Source: a virus (Duplodnaviria > Caudoviricetes). Taken from it: a DNA stretch of 64,000 nucleotides. Both the position numbers and the translations under genes were made by a program. The notes below the pieces were generated by a model. That model had not been told where the DNA came from and searched no databases. It was given only the letters and a program-made list of their open reading frames with translations. Position 1 is the stretch's first letter. Each line of letters starts with the position of its first letter. Below are positions 41,612 through 51,400 of the stretch, in pieces. The DNA is taken from positions 25,759 through 89,758 of the IMG/VR virus record IMGVR_UViG_3300023179_000059, one strand, 5' to 3'.

Positions 41612-42330
41612 TATTGCTCCAAAGCGTATAGCACACTGGCTATAATTCCGTTCCTCTGTATATCATGGTAGTCTAATTTACAGATTCCGACACCATTTAA
41701 ACTATTTAGTCTATCTAAGCAAAAAGATAGTCCACTTTTATTAAATAGATCAGTTTGCTTCATGTCACCATTAATAATAACTTTAGAATTTTTACCCATT
41801 CTTGTTATGAACATTTTGATCTGTTCCATAGTACAATTTTGAGCTTCATCTAAAATCATATATGAATTATGAAATGTCATTCCTCTCATAGTTTCAAGTG
41901 GTTCAAATCTAATTCTATTAGTATTTACATAAAGTCCAAATTTATCTCTACCAAGAAAATACTTTAGATTTTCTGTCATAGGTGCTAAATATGGCTTTAT
42001 CTTTTCATTTAGTTCTCCGGGTAATGATCCTATATCCTTACCAGTACACACTAGTGGTCTTGTAACTATAATAGATTCTATTTTATCTTTACATAAATGT
42101 TCAGACGCTATTCCGGCAGCGATAAAAGATTTACCTGTACCAGACGGGCCAATACAAAATGTAATATCATTTTCTATTATAGATAGAATATAGTCTTTTT
42201 GATTCTCCGTTTTTGCTTCTAAGGGATTGGTTTGATTTACGTCTTTTGTTTTTTGCTTTTTTGTTTTTTTAAACGAATTGTTATGCTCCGGTGCTGCCAA
42301 AACCGTTATCTCCCCTTTGCGAAGAGCCAA
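41611..42330 (-). CDS. phoH: PhoH-like ATPase (start uncertain)
   Basis: GPSGTGKS, RGMTF, ILDEAQN, GDMKQTD. Confidence 0.9.
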   Translation of the reverse strand: MALRKGEITVLAAPEHNNSFKKTKKQKTKDVNQTNPLEAKTENQKDYILSIIENDITFCIGPSGTGKSFIAAGIASEHLCKDKIESIIVTRPLVCTGKDIGSLPGELNEKIKPYLAPMTENLKYFLGRDKFGLYVNTNRIRFEPLETMRGMTFHNSYMILDEAQNCTMEQIKMFITRMGKNSKVIINGDMKQTDLFNKSGLSFCLDRLNSLNGVGICKLDYHDIQRNGIIASVLYALEQ

Positions 42331-42784
42331 GCGTTTCTAAAACCCGCATAGTCACGCGAGGAACTTCTTGGAATATAATCTGCGCGATTCTATCCCCGAT
42401 ATTTATTCGTACAGAACTAAAAGAAGTATTGTACAAACATACCATAACTTCCCCTCTATAGCCAGCATCTACGACACCAGCCAATACATCAAGACCATGT
42501 TTTACAGATAGTCCAGAACGGGGCCAAATTAGGCCAGCCATAGTGTCTGGAATTTCCATCATAATACCAGTATTTATTGTTTTTCTTTGTTTTGGTGGTA
42601 TAACAATATCTTCTATTGAGTATAAATCCCAACCAGCGTCCGTTAAATTAGCTTTTGTTGGAACCTTTGCGTATTGGTGATTTAATACAATTCCTACATC
42701 TGGTGATGGAGAAGCAAAATTGCTGTTTAATGTTATTGAATATAATTCTTGATTGTCACCAATACATGTTGGCAAAAAGCTCAT
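42281..42784 (-). CDS. dut: Trimeric dUTPase
   Basis: AGWDL, RSG, GVVDAGYRGE, RIAQII, RGDNGFGSTG. Confidence 0.92.
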   Translation of the reverse strand: MSFLPTCIGDNQELYSITLNSNFASPSPDVGIVLNHQYAKVPTKANLTDAGWDLYSIEDIVIPPKQRKTINTGIMMEIPDTMAGLIWPRSGLSVKHGLDVLAGVVDAGYRGEVMVCLYNTSFSSVRINIGDRIAQIIFQEVPRVTMRVLETLGSSQRGDNGFGSTGA

Positions 42785-43857
42785 AATAGTCCTCCTAAGT
42801 CAATATCCCCTAAATCATTTTTACTAGCACCAATTTTATATGAAGTGATTTCATGTTCTTGTGGTGCAACTTGAACAGATTCACTATTCATCCACGGATC
42901 TGTCCATCCTGCAATTGGATTTTTATATCCTTTTTCATATGGAAGACCTATATTCTTACGCCTTGTCATACATAGCCAATCAATATATTCGCTCATTACC
43001 CTATCATTTAAACCTATGATTGAGCCATCTTTAAATAGATATTGTGACCACGCCTTTTCTTCACTAGCGGCAGAATCAAACATTCTACAAGCCTCTTCTT
43101 CGCATTCTGAGGCTATTTCCACAAAGCCCTCTTCTGGAACAGTGCGTAAGATCTTTATTATTTCTTGTGTGTTATATAGATGTAACGCTTCGTCTCTTTT
43201 GATAAGCTTGATAATATCAGCGTTACCTATCATTTTTTTATTTTCCGCAAAAGCAAACGCACATATGAATGATACATAAAAACGAATTGCTTCCAATATA
43301 TTTACACTTATTAGCGTTAAATATATCTGTTTTTTAAGATCTTTTTTCTTGGTTGAATTACCAAGCTCCCTAAGAGCATTATACTCCTTAATTGCTACAT
43401 CTGCCCTTTTTAAGATCTCTTTATCGGTAAGACAACTATCTAGAATCTCGCTAGGATCGCTATACACATTTTTGATGATATATGTATAACTATAACTATG
43501 AATTTGCTCAAAAAATTGCCAGACGTTCATACATGCCTCTAATTCTGGATTAGAAACATAACTTAGCAATGTTGGTACTCCACGACAAATTACAGAATCC
43601 ATCATTGTCTGATATTTAAGATTAGATGTAAAAATGAAACGCTCATTTGGAGTCATTATATCATCATTCTTAAAATCATTTCTATCCTTTTTTAATTCTA
43701 TTTCTTCTGGCCTCCAGAAAAATTCTAGTTGCTTTTTATATAGGTCAAAAAATACTGGATATTTAAACTTATCATATCTCTGTAGAGATAGATCTTCACC
43801 TAAGAATAATGGTTGCTCTAGATAGTTTACATTTTTTTTATTAAGTATCGTTTGCAT
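42781..43857 (-). CDS. nrdB: Class Ia ribonucleotide reductase beta subunit
   Basis: FFWRPEE, EQIHSYSY (radical Tyr), LEAIRFY, RDEALH. Confidence 0.92.
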   Translation of the reverse strand: MQTILNKKNVNYLEQPLFLGEDLSLQRYDKFKYPVFFDLYKKQLEFFWRPEEIELKKDRNDFKNDDIMTPNERFIFTSNLKYQTMMDSVICRGVPTLLSYVSNPELEACMNVWQFFEQIHSYSYTYIIKNVYSDPSEILDSCLTDKEILKRADVAIKEYNALRELGNSTKKKDLKKQIYLTLISVNILEAIRFYVSFICAFAFAENKKMIGNADIIKLIKRDEALHLYNTQEIIKILRTVPEEGFVEIASECEEEACRMFDSAASEEKAWSQYLFKDGSIIGLNDRVMSEYIDWLCMTRRKNIGLPYEKGYKNPIAGWTDPWMNSESVQVAPQEHEITSYKIGASKNDLGDIDLGGLL

Positions 43858-43858
43858 A

Positions 43859-45103
43859 TTAGCTTGTATACCTCAGAATATTTTTGGCTTTTTCTTGTAC
43901 GAACATCATTGGTCTGTTTTCTATACTATACCAATCTGCATCTTTCTTTACACCCATATGTTCTAAAATTGTCCACTTTAAATCTTCTGGCTCAAATGGA
44001 TGATCTACTGGCCTCTCTCCATTGTTATCAGAAGTACCAATCACTCTATTCATTTCATATGTATCACATGCTATTAATAGTGGAACTAAATGCGGCCAAT
44101 GATCTCTACCAGCATCTTTATTAATTTTTGGTGTTCTTCCAAAGTCACCACTCATTACTAATAGATTTCTATAGTTGATATTTCTTTGTTCTGCTGAATT
44201 AAAATACATTGATAATACATGATCTAATGCTGGTACTTTACTTTTTAGACCATTTAGTATGTTATCATGCATATCCCATCCGCCATAGTTAATTGTAACA
44301 AATTTTACACCAGCCTCTACAAGTCTAATAGCGGTCAGCATATCTTTACCAAGTTGGCTATCTTTATAGCTATCAAAATCTTTATCTTTTTCTATTAAGA
44401 AAGCCTCACCCGCTTTTCCTACTAATACATCTACTGCTTGATTTCTTAATTCAAGCCAAGCGTTAGCGTTACGGTCATCTGGTATTGGACTATGTTTTTC
44501 AAGAACTTCTAACATTTTCATTCTGTCGTTGAACTTCTTTTCATTCTTCATAAATAGATCATTTACACCTTCTTTGTTTGCCGTATAGCCCATATATTTA
44601 GTACCCATCCACGCGGCACCATCATACTGAATTGTATTTAATTTAATATAAGAAGGTAGACCATTTTTTATATTTGTTCCATATTGACCGGCGACAACGC
44701 TACCAAAACTGGGCCACTTTGGTGGGCTATTTGGAGTAGTTCTTTCTCCAGTTAACATCCAATGTGTAGCACTTTCATGGTTTGGGTCAGAATGGTGAAA
44801 ACTATTTACTATAGTTAATTTATTAGTTTGATTTGCTATTTTATCCCACATTCCACCAATAGCAAAGCCCGGTATCTTTGTATGTATATTACCAGTAATA
44901 GATTTTCTATCTGATGGAGCTAGTGGTAGTGGATTAAATGTTTCAATGTGTGTTGGCCCACCGCTAAGATATAGATATATAACGCTATTATCATTTGCAG
45001 TAAACTTAGGATCATTATTATAATTAATAGAAAAACTGATATTATTATATGTTGCAGTTAAACCAGCAACACTTGTCGATAGTAAGAAGTTTCTACGTTT
45101 CAT
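43859..45103 (-). CDS. Tat-exported DUF1501 family protein
   Basis: MKRRNFL twin-arginine signal; YLSGGPTHIETF, GWDMH, GDFGRTP and GRDHWP motifs. Confidence 0.85.
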   Translation of the reverse strand: MKRRNFLLSTSVAGLTATYNNISFSINYNNDPKFTANDNSVIYLYLSGGPTHIETFNPLPLAPSDRKSITGNIHTKIPGFAIGGMWDKIANQTNKLTIVNSFHHSDPNHESATHWMLTGERTTPNSPPKWPSFGSVVAGQYGTNIKNGLPSYIKLNTIQYDGAAWMGTKYMGYTANKEGVNDLFMKNEKKFNDRMKMLEVLEKHSPIPDDRNANAWLELRNQAVDVLVGKAGEAFLIEKDKDFDSYKDSQLGKDMLTAIRLVEAGVKFVTINYGGWDMHDNILNGLKSKVPALDHVLSMYFNSAEQRNINYRNLLVMSGDFGRTPKINKDAGRDHWPHLVPLLIACDTYEMNRVIGTSDNNGERPVDHPFEPEDLKWTILEHMGVKKDADWYSIENRPMMFVQEKAKNILRYTS

Positions 45104-45158
45104 ATTTATTACCTTTTATTAAATTATCTTTTGCCCATAAGGGTTGTAAGTTTGTATT

Positions 45159-47387
45159 TTATATACTACACGATCCACTTTCGCACCCATGATTATTATC
45201 TCCACGCTCACAATCTCCATCTGGAGTGTTACAGTAATAAAAATTCTTAATACCATACTTATAACCGTATATTTGATCTTTAATCAACGTGCTTAATGGA
45301 ATATTTCCATCTTGGAAATGTGAATAATTATAATATAAATTAACACTAATGCTCATATCTACAAATTTTTGTAACACCGCACAAATATTTAAAATAGCCT
45401 TATTATCTTTCATGTCCCAAGCAAGTGTATAAAAATTCTTTCTTGAAGCATAATTTGGCACTAGTTGTTTTAAAACACCATTTTTTGCCTTTTTATAAGA
45501 CATAAGATTTCTAACTGGCTCAATACCATTTGTGCTATTTTGAATAACACTAGAAGATTCACATGGCATTATAGCAGTTAATGTTGAATGTCGCAGACCA
45601 TGTTGTGCTATTCTATTTCGTAAACCCTCCCAATCCATAGTATATTCTGGTTTTACCAGTTCGTCAACTGTTTTTTTGTACCAATCTATTGGTAAAAGAT
45701 TTGTAGAATATTTTGTTTCATTAAATTTATTACATGGTCCAAACTTTTCTGCTAATCTACATGATTCGCTAAGTAAATACCACTGTATTTTTTCCATTGT
45801 AGTATGTACAAACTTTAAAGTATCTGGATCATCATATTTTAATTTATTTTTTGCAAGATATCCAGCAAAGTTTGTTATTCCTATACCAAGTGATCGTCTA
45901 TTTTTTGTAAAATTTTCACCGGCTAATACTGGATAGTCTTGATAATCAATAATTGATTCTAATGTTTTAACGGTTATAGAACATGCTTTTTCTATATCTT
46001 CTTCAGAATCAAATTGTAGTAAATTAAGTGCAGATAATATACAAATTCCAATTTCTCCATCTGGATCGTCTATTGATTTGATTGGCTCAGTTGGATGAAT
46101 AATTTCTTGACAAAGATTGCTCATGTAAACTGGCTTTAACCAAGAACCGTGTTCATTGGCATTATCAATATTCATTACATAAATACGACCAGTTTCTAGT
46201 CTTTCTTTTGCGAATACTTCTGCTAATTTTCTGGCACTGATCTTCTTTTTCATTATGCCTCTAGTATGTTCGTATTTTTCGTATAGTCTTTTAAAATCAT
46301 CATTATCATTCATTGAACTATATAGTCCACCAGTTTCTTCTGGACTAAACAAAGTAATATCCTCATTCTTAATGAGACGTTCATAGAATAATTTATTAAA
46401 CTGTATAGAATAATCCAGCTTTCTAACTCTATTATCGTCAGTTCCAGCGTTATTCTTTAATACCACAATGTCTTCAATTTCATAGTGCCAAAATGGAACG
46501 TGTACCGTTGCAGAGCCACCACGAATACCATTCTGACTTGTGGCCTTTACTGTTGATTCAAATATTTTTAGATATGGTATTAAGCCAGTATGTATAACTT
46601 CACCACCACGAATACTAGAATTAATTGGCCTAATACGACCAACATTTAAACCTATACCAGCCCTTCTTGCGGTATATTTACCAACAGCGTGTACGCTTGA
46701 AAATATTGAGTTTAAATCATCTTCTACATCAACCAAAACACAACTAGCAAATTGTTTTATTTTTGTTCTTACTCCAGCCATAATTGGTGTTGGTAAGTTT
46801 ATTTTATGTGTAGAAAAATATTCATATGCTTCTAAAACTTCTTCAACAGTATTGAATAAAGATAGTGCTATGCAAATATAAGCAAACTGTGGAGTTTCAT
46901 ATATTTTTCCAGTACTTCTATTTCTTACAAGATATTTATCTATCATTTGCTGTAATCCAGCATATGTAAATAAATAATCTCTATCATGATCTATTGACTT
47001 TTCTATTTCATTAATATCGTCTTTTGTCCATTTTGTAAATAAATTACTGTCATATACCTCTTGGCTAGCATTATTACAAATGTGATCATATAAAGAGGGT
47101 GGAGAATCATATCTCTCCCAAAGATCTTTTCTAAGTGACATATTCAATAGTCTAGAAGCGACATATTGATAGTTTGGATTAGTTTTTGATGTTAAATCAT
47201 TTGCAGACTTAATTAATATTTGATGTATTTCTTGTGTAGTTATTTTTTCGCGTAATGAAAGGTGTGCGTTCATTTCAATATCGGAAAAAGATACGTTGTT
47301 TATATCTTTAGTTGCCCACTCCACAACCTTATGTATCTTCTCTACATTGTATTCTTCAAATTCTCCACTCCTTTTCATTACCAACAT
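45159..47387 (-). CDS. nrdA: Class Ia ribonucleotide reductase alpha subunit with ATP cone
   Basis: VMKRSG ATP cone, PTP, ASCVL, SNLCQEI, PCESSS and C-terminal C..GSC. Confidence 0.92.
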   Translation of the reverse strand: MLVMKRSGEFEEYNVEKIHKVVEWATKDINNVSFSDIEMNAHLSLREKITTQEIHQILIKSANDLTSKTNPNYQYVASRLLNMSLRKDLWERYDSPPSLYDHICNNASQEVYDSNLFTKWTKDDINEIEKSIDHDRDYLFTYAGLQQMIDKYLVRNRSTGKIYETPQFAYICIALSLFNTVEEVLEAYEYFSTHKINLPTPIMAGVRTKIKQFASCVLVDVEDDLNSIFSSVHAVGKYTARRAGIGLNVGRIRPINSSIRGGEVIHTGLIPYLKIFESTVKATSQNGIRGGSATVHVPFWHYEIEDIVVLKNNAGTDDNRVRKLDYSIQFNKLFYERLIKNEDITLFSPEETGGLYSSMNDNDDFKRLYEKYEHTRGIMKKKISARKLAEVFAKERLETGRIYVMNIDNANEHGSWLKPVYMSNLCQEIIHPTEPIKSIDDPDGEIGICILSALNLLQFDSEEDIEKACSITVKTLESIIDYQDYPVLAGENFTKNRRSLGIGITNFAGYLAKNKLKYDDPDTLKFVHTTMEKIQWYLLSESCRLAEKFGPCNKFNETKYSTNLLPIDWYKKTVDELVKPEYTMDWEGLRNRIAQHGLRHSTLTAIMPCESSSVIQNSTNGIEPVRNLMSYKKAKNGVLKQLVPNYASRKNFYTLAWDMKDNKAILNICAVLQKFVDMSISVNLYYNYSHFQDGNIPLSTLIKDQIYGYKYGIKNFYYCNTPDGDCERGDNNHGCESGSCSI

Positions 47388-47424
47388 ATATATTACTCCT
47401 ATATTATTTTGTTTTTTAGATATT

Positions 47425-48069
47425 TCAATTACTTAATTTTTTAAAAATACGCTCTATTATCCACTTCAATATTATTGGCAATATGACATATATAAGTATA
47501 AAGCTTATTACAATAGAGCCGTGTTTATTTTCGTTGTTTACTATACTTTCTTTTACAAAACGATAACAATTTTTTTTCGAATCTTTATTTGATACTATTT
47601 CATCTACACTTACACCAGAGGCACAACACATTGTAACCCATTCGTTTGCATAATGCAAACACAAATTAGCAATTTTTCTACGTTCAGCGTCTGGATATTC
47701 TGCATTTATTTCATCATATAATTCTTCTAAAATGATAGGTGACGAATAAAAATTTGTTGTTTCTGATTTAGAATATTGAAATTTTAAATCTGGAAAATAC
47801 TTTATCTTTATAACTCCACCATCATTATCTAATATAATTTCTTGTATTAAAGCAGAAATAGTAATGAACTTTTTCCAGCTAATTTTTGGCAATTGATCAA
47901 CAAACTTTAAAGATATTTTATCTTCTTCAACAATACCAAATGTCATATTTAGTGGTTGTGGAAGTTTAATATATAAATCTTTAAAAGAATAGCCAGTTGA
48001 TGAAAATACTTTATCTAGTATTACTTTTAGATTTTTTATTGGTAGAATAATCATTGAATCAAGCTCCAA
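47425..48069 (-). CDS. Hypothetical protein with C-terminal TM helix
   Basis: IVISFILIYVILPIILKWII. Confidence 0.5.
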   Translation of the reverse strand: MELDSMIILPIKNLKVILDKVFSSTGYSFKDLYIKLPQPLNMTFGIVEEDKISLKFVDQLPKISWKKFITISALIQEIILDNDGGVIKIKYFPDLKFQYSKSETTNFYSSPIILEELYDEINAEYPDAERRKIANLCLHYANEWVTMCCASGVSVDEIVSNKDSKKNCYRFVKESIVNNENKHGSIVISFILIYVILPIILKWIIERIFKKLSN

Positions 48070-48500
48070 GCTAAACCACCAAAAGTATTTTTTAATTTTA
48101 CTTTTTCGTCTTCGCTTAGAACATGGTTTTTATCACCAAGTATATTTTCAAATAATTTTGTTAATTCTTCTCCAAGGCTAGTATATTTACCCTTCATAGT
48201 ATCGCCAAAGTAATACTCAGCGGCTAATACATATACATCATTTAATTTCTGACTATCTATAGTAGAATAATTAGATATTCTTTTGCTAAAACAATAATTA
48301 AATACGGCTAGTTTTGTTCTATCAAAATCATTTGTTACTAATTTGTTAACATGTTCTGTTATTTTTAATATTTCGTCACTTGGCTTATCAACATCAAGAT
48401 TAATACTTGGTTTTGGTTGTGGTTTTACTACTTTAAGTGGAAATAAACCAATTCCAATAAGCACTACGCCTAATACAATACCAAATATTTTTTTACTCAT
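48051..48500 (-). CDS. N-terminally anchored membrane/periplasmic protein
   Basis: MSKK + hydrophobic IFGIVLGVVLIGIGLF. Confidence 0.6.
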   Translation of the reverse strand: MSKKIFGIVLGVVLIGIGLFPLKVVKPQPKPSINLDVDKPSDEILKITEHVNKLVTNDFDRTKLAVFNYCFSKRISNYSTIDSQKLNDVYVLAAEYYFGDTMKGKYTSLGEELTKLFENILGDKNHVLSEDEKVKLKNTFGGLAWSLIQ

Positions 48501-48759
48501 CTGTTGACCTATTATTTAATAGTGGAAATACTTCATCTAATTTGTCACTAGCAGCATCAAAATTGTTTTTAACACATGATTCTTTTAATTTATACCATAA
48601 ATTTATCATTGTCAAAAAATCTTTTTCACTTGTTGTAGATGATTTATTATTCCAAAATAATATTCTAGATAATAAATATGTAATGTCTACGTTCATCATT
48701 ACTATCACTAGCACTCCAGCTAATACAAGTCCAATCCTTGTGTACATATCTAATTCCAT
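48493..48759 (-). CDS. Small membrane protein
   Basis: IGLVLAGVLVIVMM TM segment. Confidence 0.55.
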   Translation of the reverse strand: MELDMYTRIGLVLAGVLVIVMMNVDITYLLSRILFWNNKSSTTSEKDFLTMINLWYKLKESCVKNNFDAASDKLDEVFPLLNNRSTDE

Positions 48760-48763
48760 TGAT

Positions 48764-49045
48764 TTACCTCTTTATCGTTTGTGTAGCTCTACCGTGATAT
48801 GGACATTGTGTAGTGTGACTATCACCTTGGTTAATTAAACCAGTTCCTTTGCATGGACACTTAGCAGGATCTGGATCTGGACGAATAATATTATCTGGTT
48901 TAACATTTAATAATTTTTCTTCTGCTTTAGAAAATGCAGAATTTGCTTCCTCCACCATCGGAGTAACATCACTAAATGCTAAATCTATTTCAGAATTATA
49001 TGTTTGACATCCAGTTAATAAAACTAATAATAATAAATATCTCAT
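48764..49045 (-). CDS. Small lipoprotein with Pro/Cys-rich C-terminus
   Basis: Lipobox LLTG|C; PDPDPAKCPCKG..CPYH. Confidence 0.65.
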   Translation of the reverse strand: MRYLLLLVLLTGCQTYNSEIDLAFSDVTPMVEEANSAFSKAEEKLLNVKPDNIIRPDPDPAKCPCKGTGLINQGDSHTTQCPYHGRATQTIKR

Positions 49046-49254
49046 CAGCCACTCGTTACATTATAGTAATAAATATCATCAAAACGATTTGTTAGTCTTG
49101 CTTCTACTGTAGTGTATCCAATGCTCGTATCTAGAGTTGCATTAATTGATTCATATTCACCAGTACTTAAACAAGAAACTACAGTAGCCCCATTGTTTGT
49201 TACTTCTACTCCAGAAACTACATTTGTGCATACATCTGTTGTTGTAATTGGCAT
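49045..49254 (-). CDS. Hypothetical 69 aa protein
   Basis: AGGAG RBS; fills the gap between genes. Confidence 0.5.
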   Translation of the reverse strand: MPITTTDVCTNVVSGVEVTNNGATVVSCLSTGEYESINATLDTSIGYTTVEARLTNRFDDIYYYNVTSG

Positions 49255-49270
49255 TTTTTTCTCCTATTGT

Positions 49271-51192
49271 TTAGAACACTTTATCTAGTGTCCACTCTAC
49301 TTTCCTTGGTGGAAAGCCTTCTACATCACTAAAAACCCAAGAGCCATTAGCTGAAAGCATACCGGCAGCATCGCTTTCTCTAATCCAAAAACTACCTTCT
49401 GGTTGATCATGTCTAGTAGGCCCATTATTCCAAACTCCCCAACTATTCTGTACTAAAAATAAAGTTTCATTATATATTTCATGAGTATCATCCATTCCAA
49501 CCCATGCCATAGCATGTGACCAAGATCCAGATTGAGAAGCTATACCATATTTATCCCGTCTAGAACTAAATCCAAACATTGAACATACACTAATACAATA
49601 ACCATTGGCTATTGCATCTCTAGCTTGTTCAACTGTATTTATTAAACTTACAGTTTTAACTTTATTTTTCTGAGCTATTTCTATTAGTGATTTTGGTACA
49701 CCCCTTGAACCCCAACTAGCACCAAGTCTTCCTTGATATGATGATAAATCTATATCACCATATTTCTTTCTTAGTAATATACCACCATTTTGATTAACAA
49801 ATCTAGCGGCACCAGAACATGTCATTCCTTCTCCACCATGACCTCTAGATCCATATATACCTTCTGTTGCACCACGGGCAACAAATTCTTCACGTTCGCC
49901 ATTTATTATTTCACAACTACGTGTACAATCTATTGCATTACGAGTAGAGTGTGAAACACAGTTGTGGGCAATACACCCATTTGCTATAAAAGCATGTTCT
50001 TTGCAGTTCACGCCTATATCATAAACAATGTGCGGCCCTTCTTCTATTTTTATTTCACATACTGGTATAAATAATTCATCATTTATGATTATAGAATAAT
50101 TTTTCTGCTTATCATAAATACACACAACTCTATAAGACTGACTTTCTTTATATGCACCCCTTTTAGCTCTATAAAAATAGTTAATCGTTGGCTTGTATCC
50201 CATTTTTAAATATGAATAATACACGCCATATGCTAATGACCTAGAAGTTGAATCAAATATTGTTTTTCCATTTTTAGTAAAACCATCTGCGGATGTTAAC
50301 CCTTGTATTGTTTCTTTTGAACCAATAAACCAATTTGGGAAAGTTTTATTTTTTTGATTGTCATAACATATTGATCTTAACCATGATGCTAACTCTGGAC
50401 AATAACATCTTAATCTAAAAGCGGTTGTATTTTTACTTTTATAATCACATCTACGCGGATTAAATCCAAATTTAGTTAAGAAATTACTGCATTTATTAAA
50501 AAAGTCTACTTGGTGTTCAGCAAAAGTAATTTCTATATTTTTGTTATTACACCAACCATCACCCAAAAAATAACCTAAAAACCAAGTAAAATCTTTATCT
50601 TGAGTAAATCTATTTATTGGAGCATTTTCTACCTGTAAATTAATAGGTGTAATGACATAATCACCCTTTTTAATATCTTGTGCGGCTACCCATTTCTTAG
50701 TAATTACTTTTGTCTGTGTTGAACCATTATCTTGTTCTCTTTTCTTCCAATAAGAACTTGATGATCAGAAGTAACTTTAAGTGGAATACTACCCTTAGTT
50801 TTAATAGTTACCAATGGATTGTTAGATACTTTTACTTGCTTACTAATAACAGTCGTAAAATTACCATTACTTCCGTATATTTTGTCTCCAACTTCTACAT
50901 CCTTAATTTTTTTACAATATGCACTAACCACTATAGAGTTGCCATCAAAACAATCTCCGACTACCTGTCTTTCTGAGGGACCAAAGCCAGAGTCAAATTT
51001 TAATAAATTTTTAAATGGTAAAGCAAGTTTACCTTTACCAGTTTCATATAAGCTGTAAGCTGCCGCACCAAATAATGGGTGCGGCAACTCACCTAATAGC
51101 TTATCTGTATCTTCTGGATCACACCAAGATCCAACAAAGCCATTTTTATAAGCTTTTAGAAGATCAGAAGGTTTATTAAAATCTGTACTCAT
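49271..51192 (-). CDS. Papain-family (C1A-like) cysteine peptidase interrupted by an intein; single frameshift near 50740
   Basis: Exteins rejoin as ERQVVGD|CVSH; SWSHAMAWVG (His) and VQNSWG (Asn) complete the triad. Confidence 0.8.
49961..50952 (-). mobile_element. LAGLIDADG intein (~331 aa if one base is restored)
   Basis: CFDG start, VTSDHQV block B, FLGYFLGDG and QGLTSADG, VYDIGV..AFIANG.IAHN|C end. Span is 992 nt (3n-1). Confidence 0.85.
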
Positions 51193-51398
51193 TTTGTTAC
51201 CGCTGGACCCTTAACCCACTTAATAACAGCATCTAGACCAACTGTTATCACTGGTACTAATAATACTCCAACTGTGCCTAAGTCCACAGTATTTATGTTC
51301 TCCATGACGTATGTAAGAACAGCAGCAGTACCAACAAGAAGAGCATTTTTTGCTAAAGCGACCACATCGTTCATGTTTAGTGAAAATCTATCTGACAT
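51189..51398 (-). CDS. Holin-like 2-TM protein, 69 aa
   Basis: Two hydrophobic segments and a basic C-terminus; AGAGG RBS. Confidence 0.5.
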   Translation of the reverse strand: MSDRFSLNMNDVVALAKNALLVGTAAVLTYVMENINTVDLGTVGVLLVPVITVGLDAVIKWVKGPAVTK

Positions 51399-51400
51399 TT

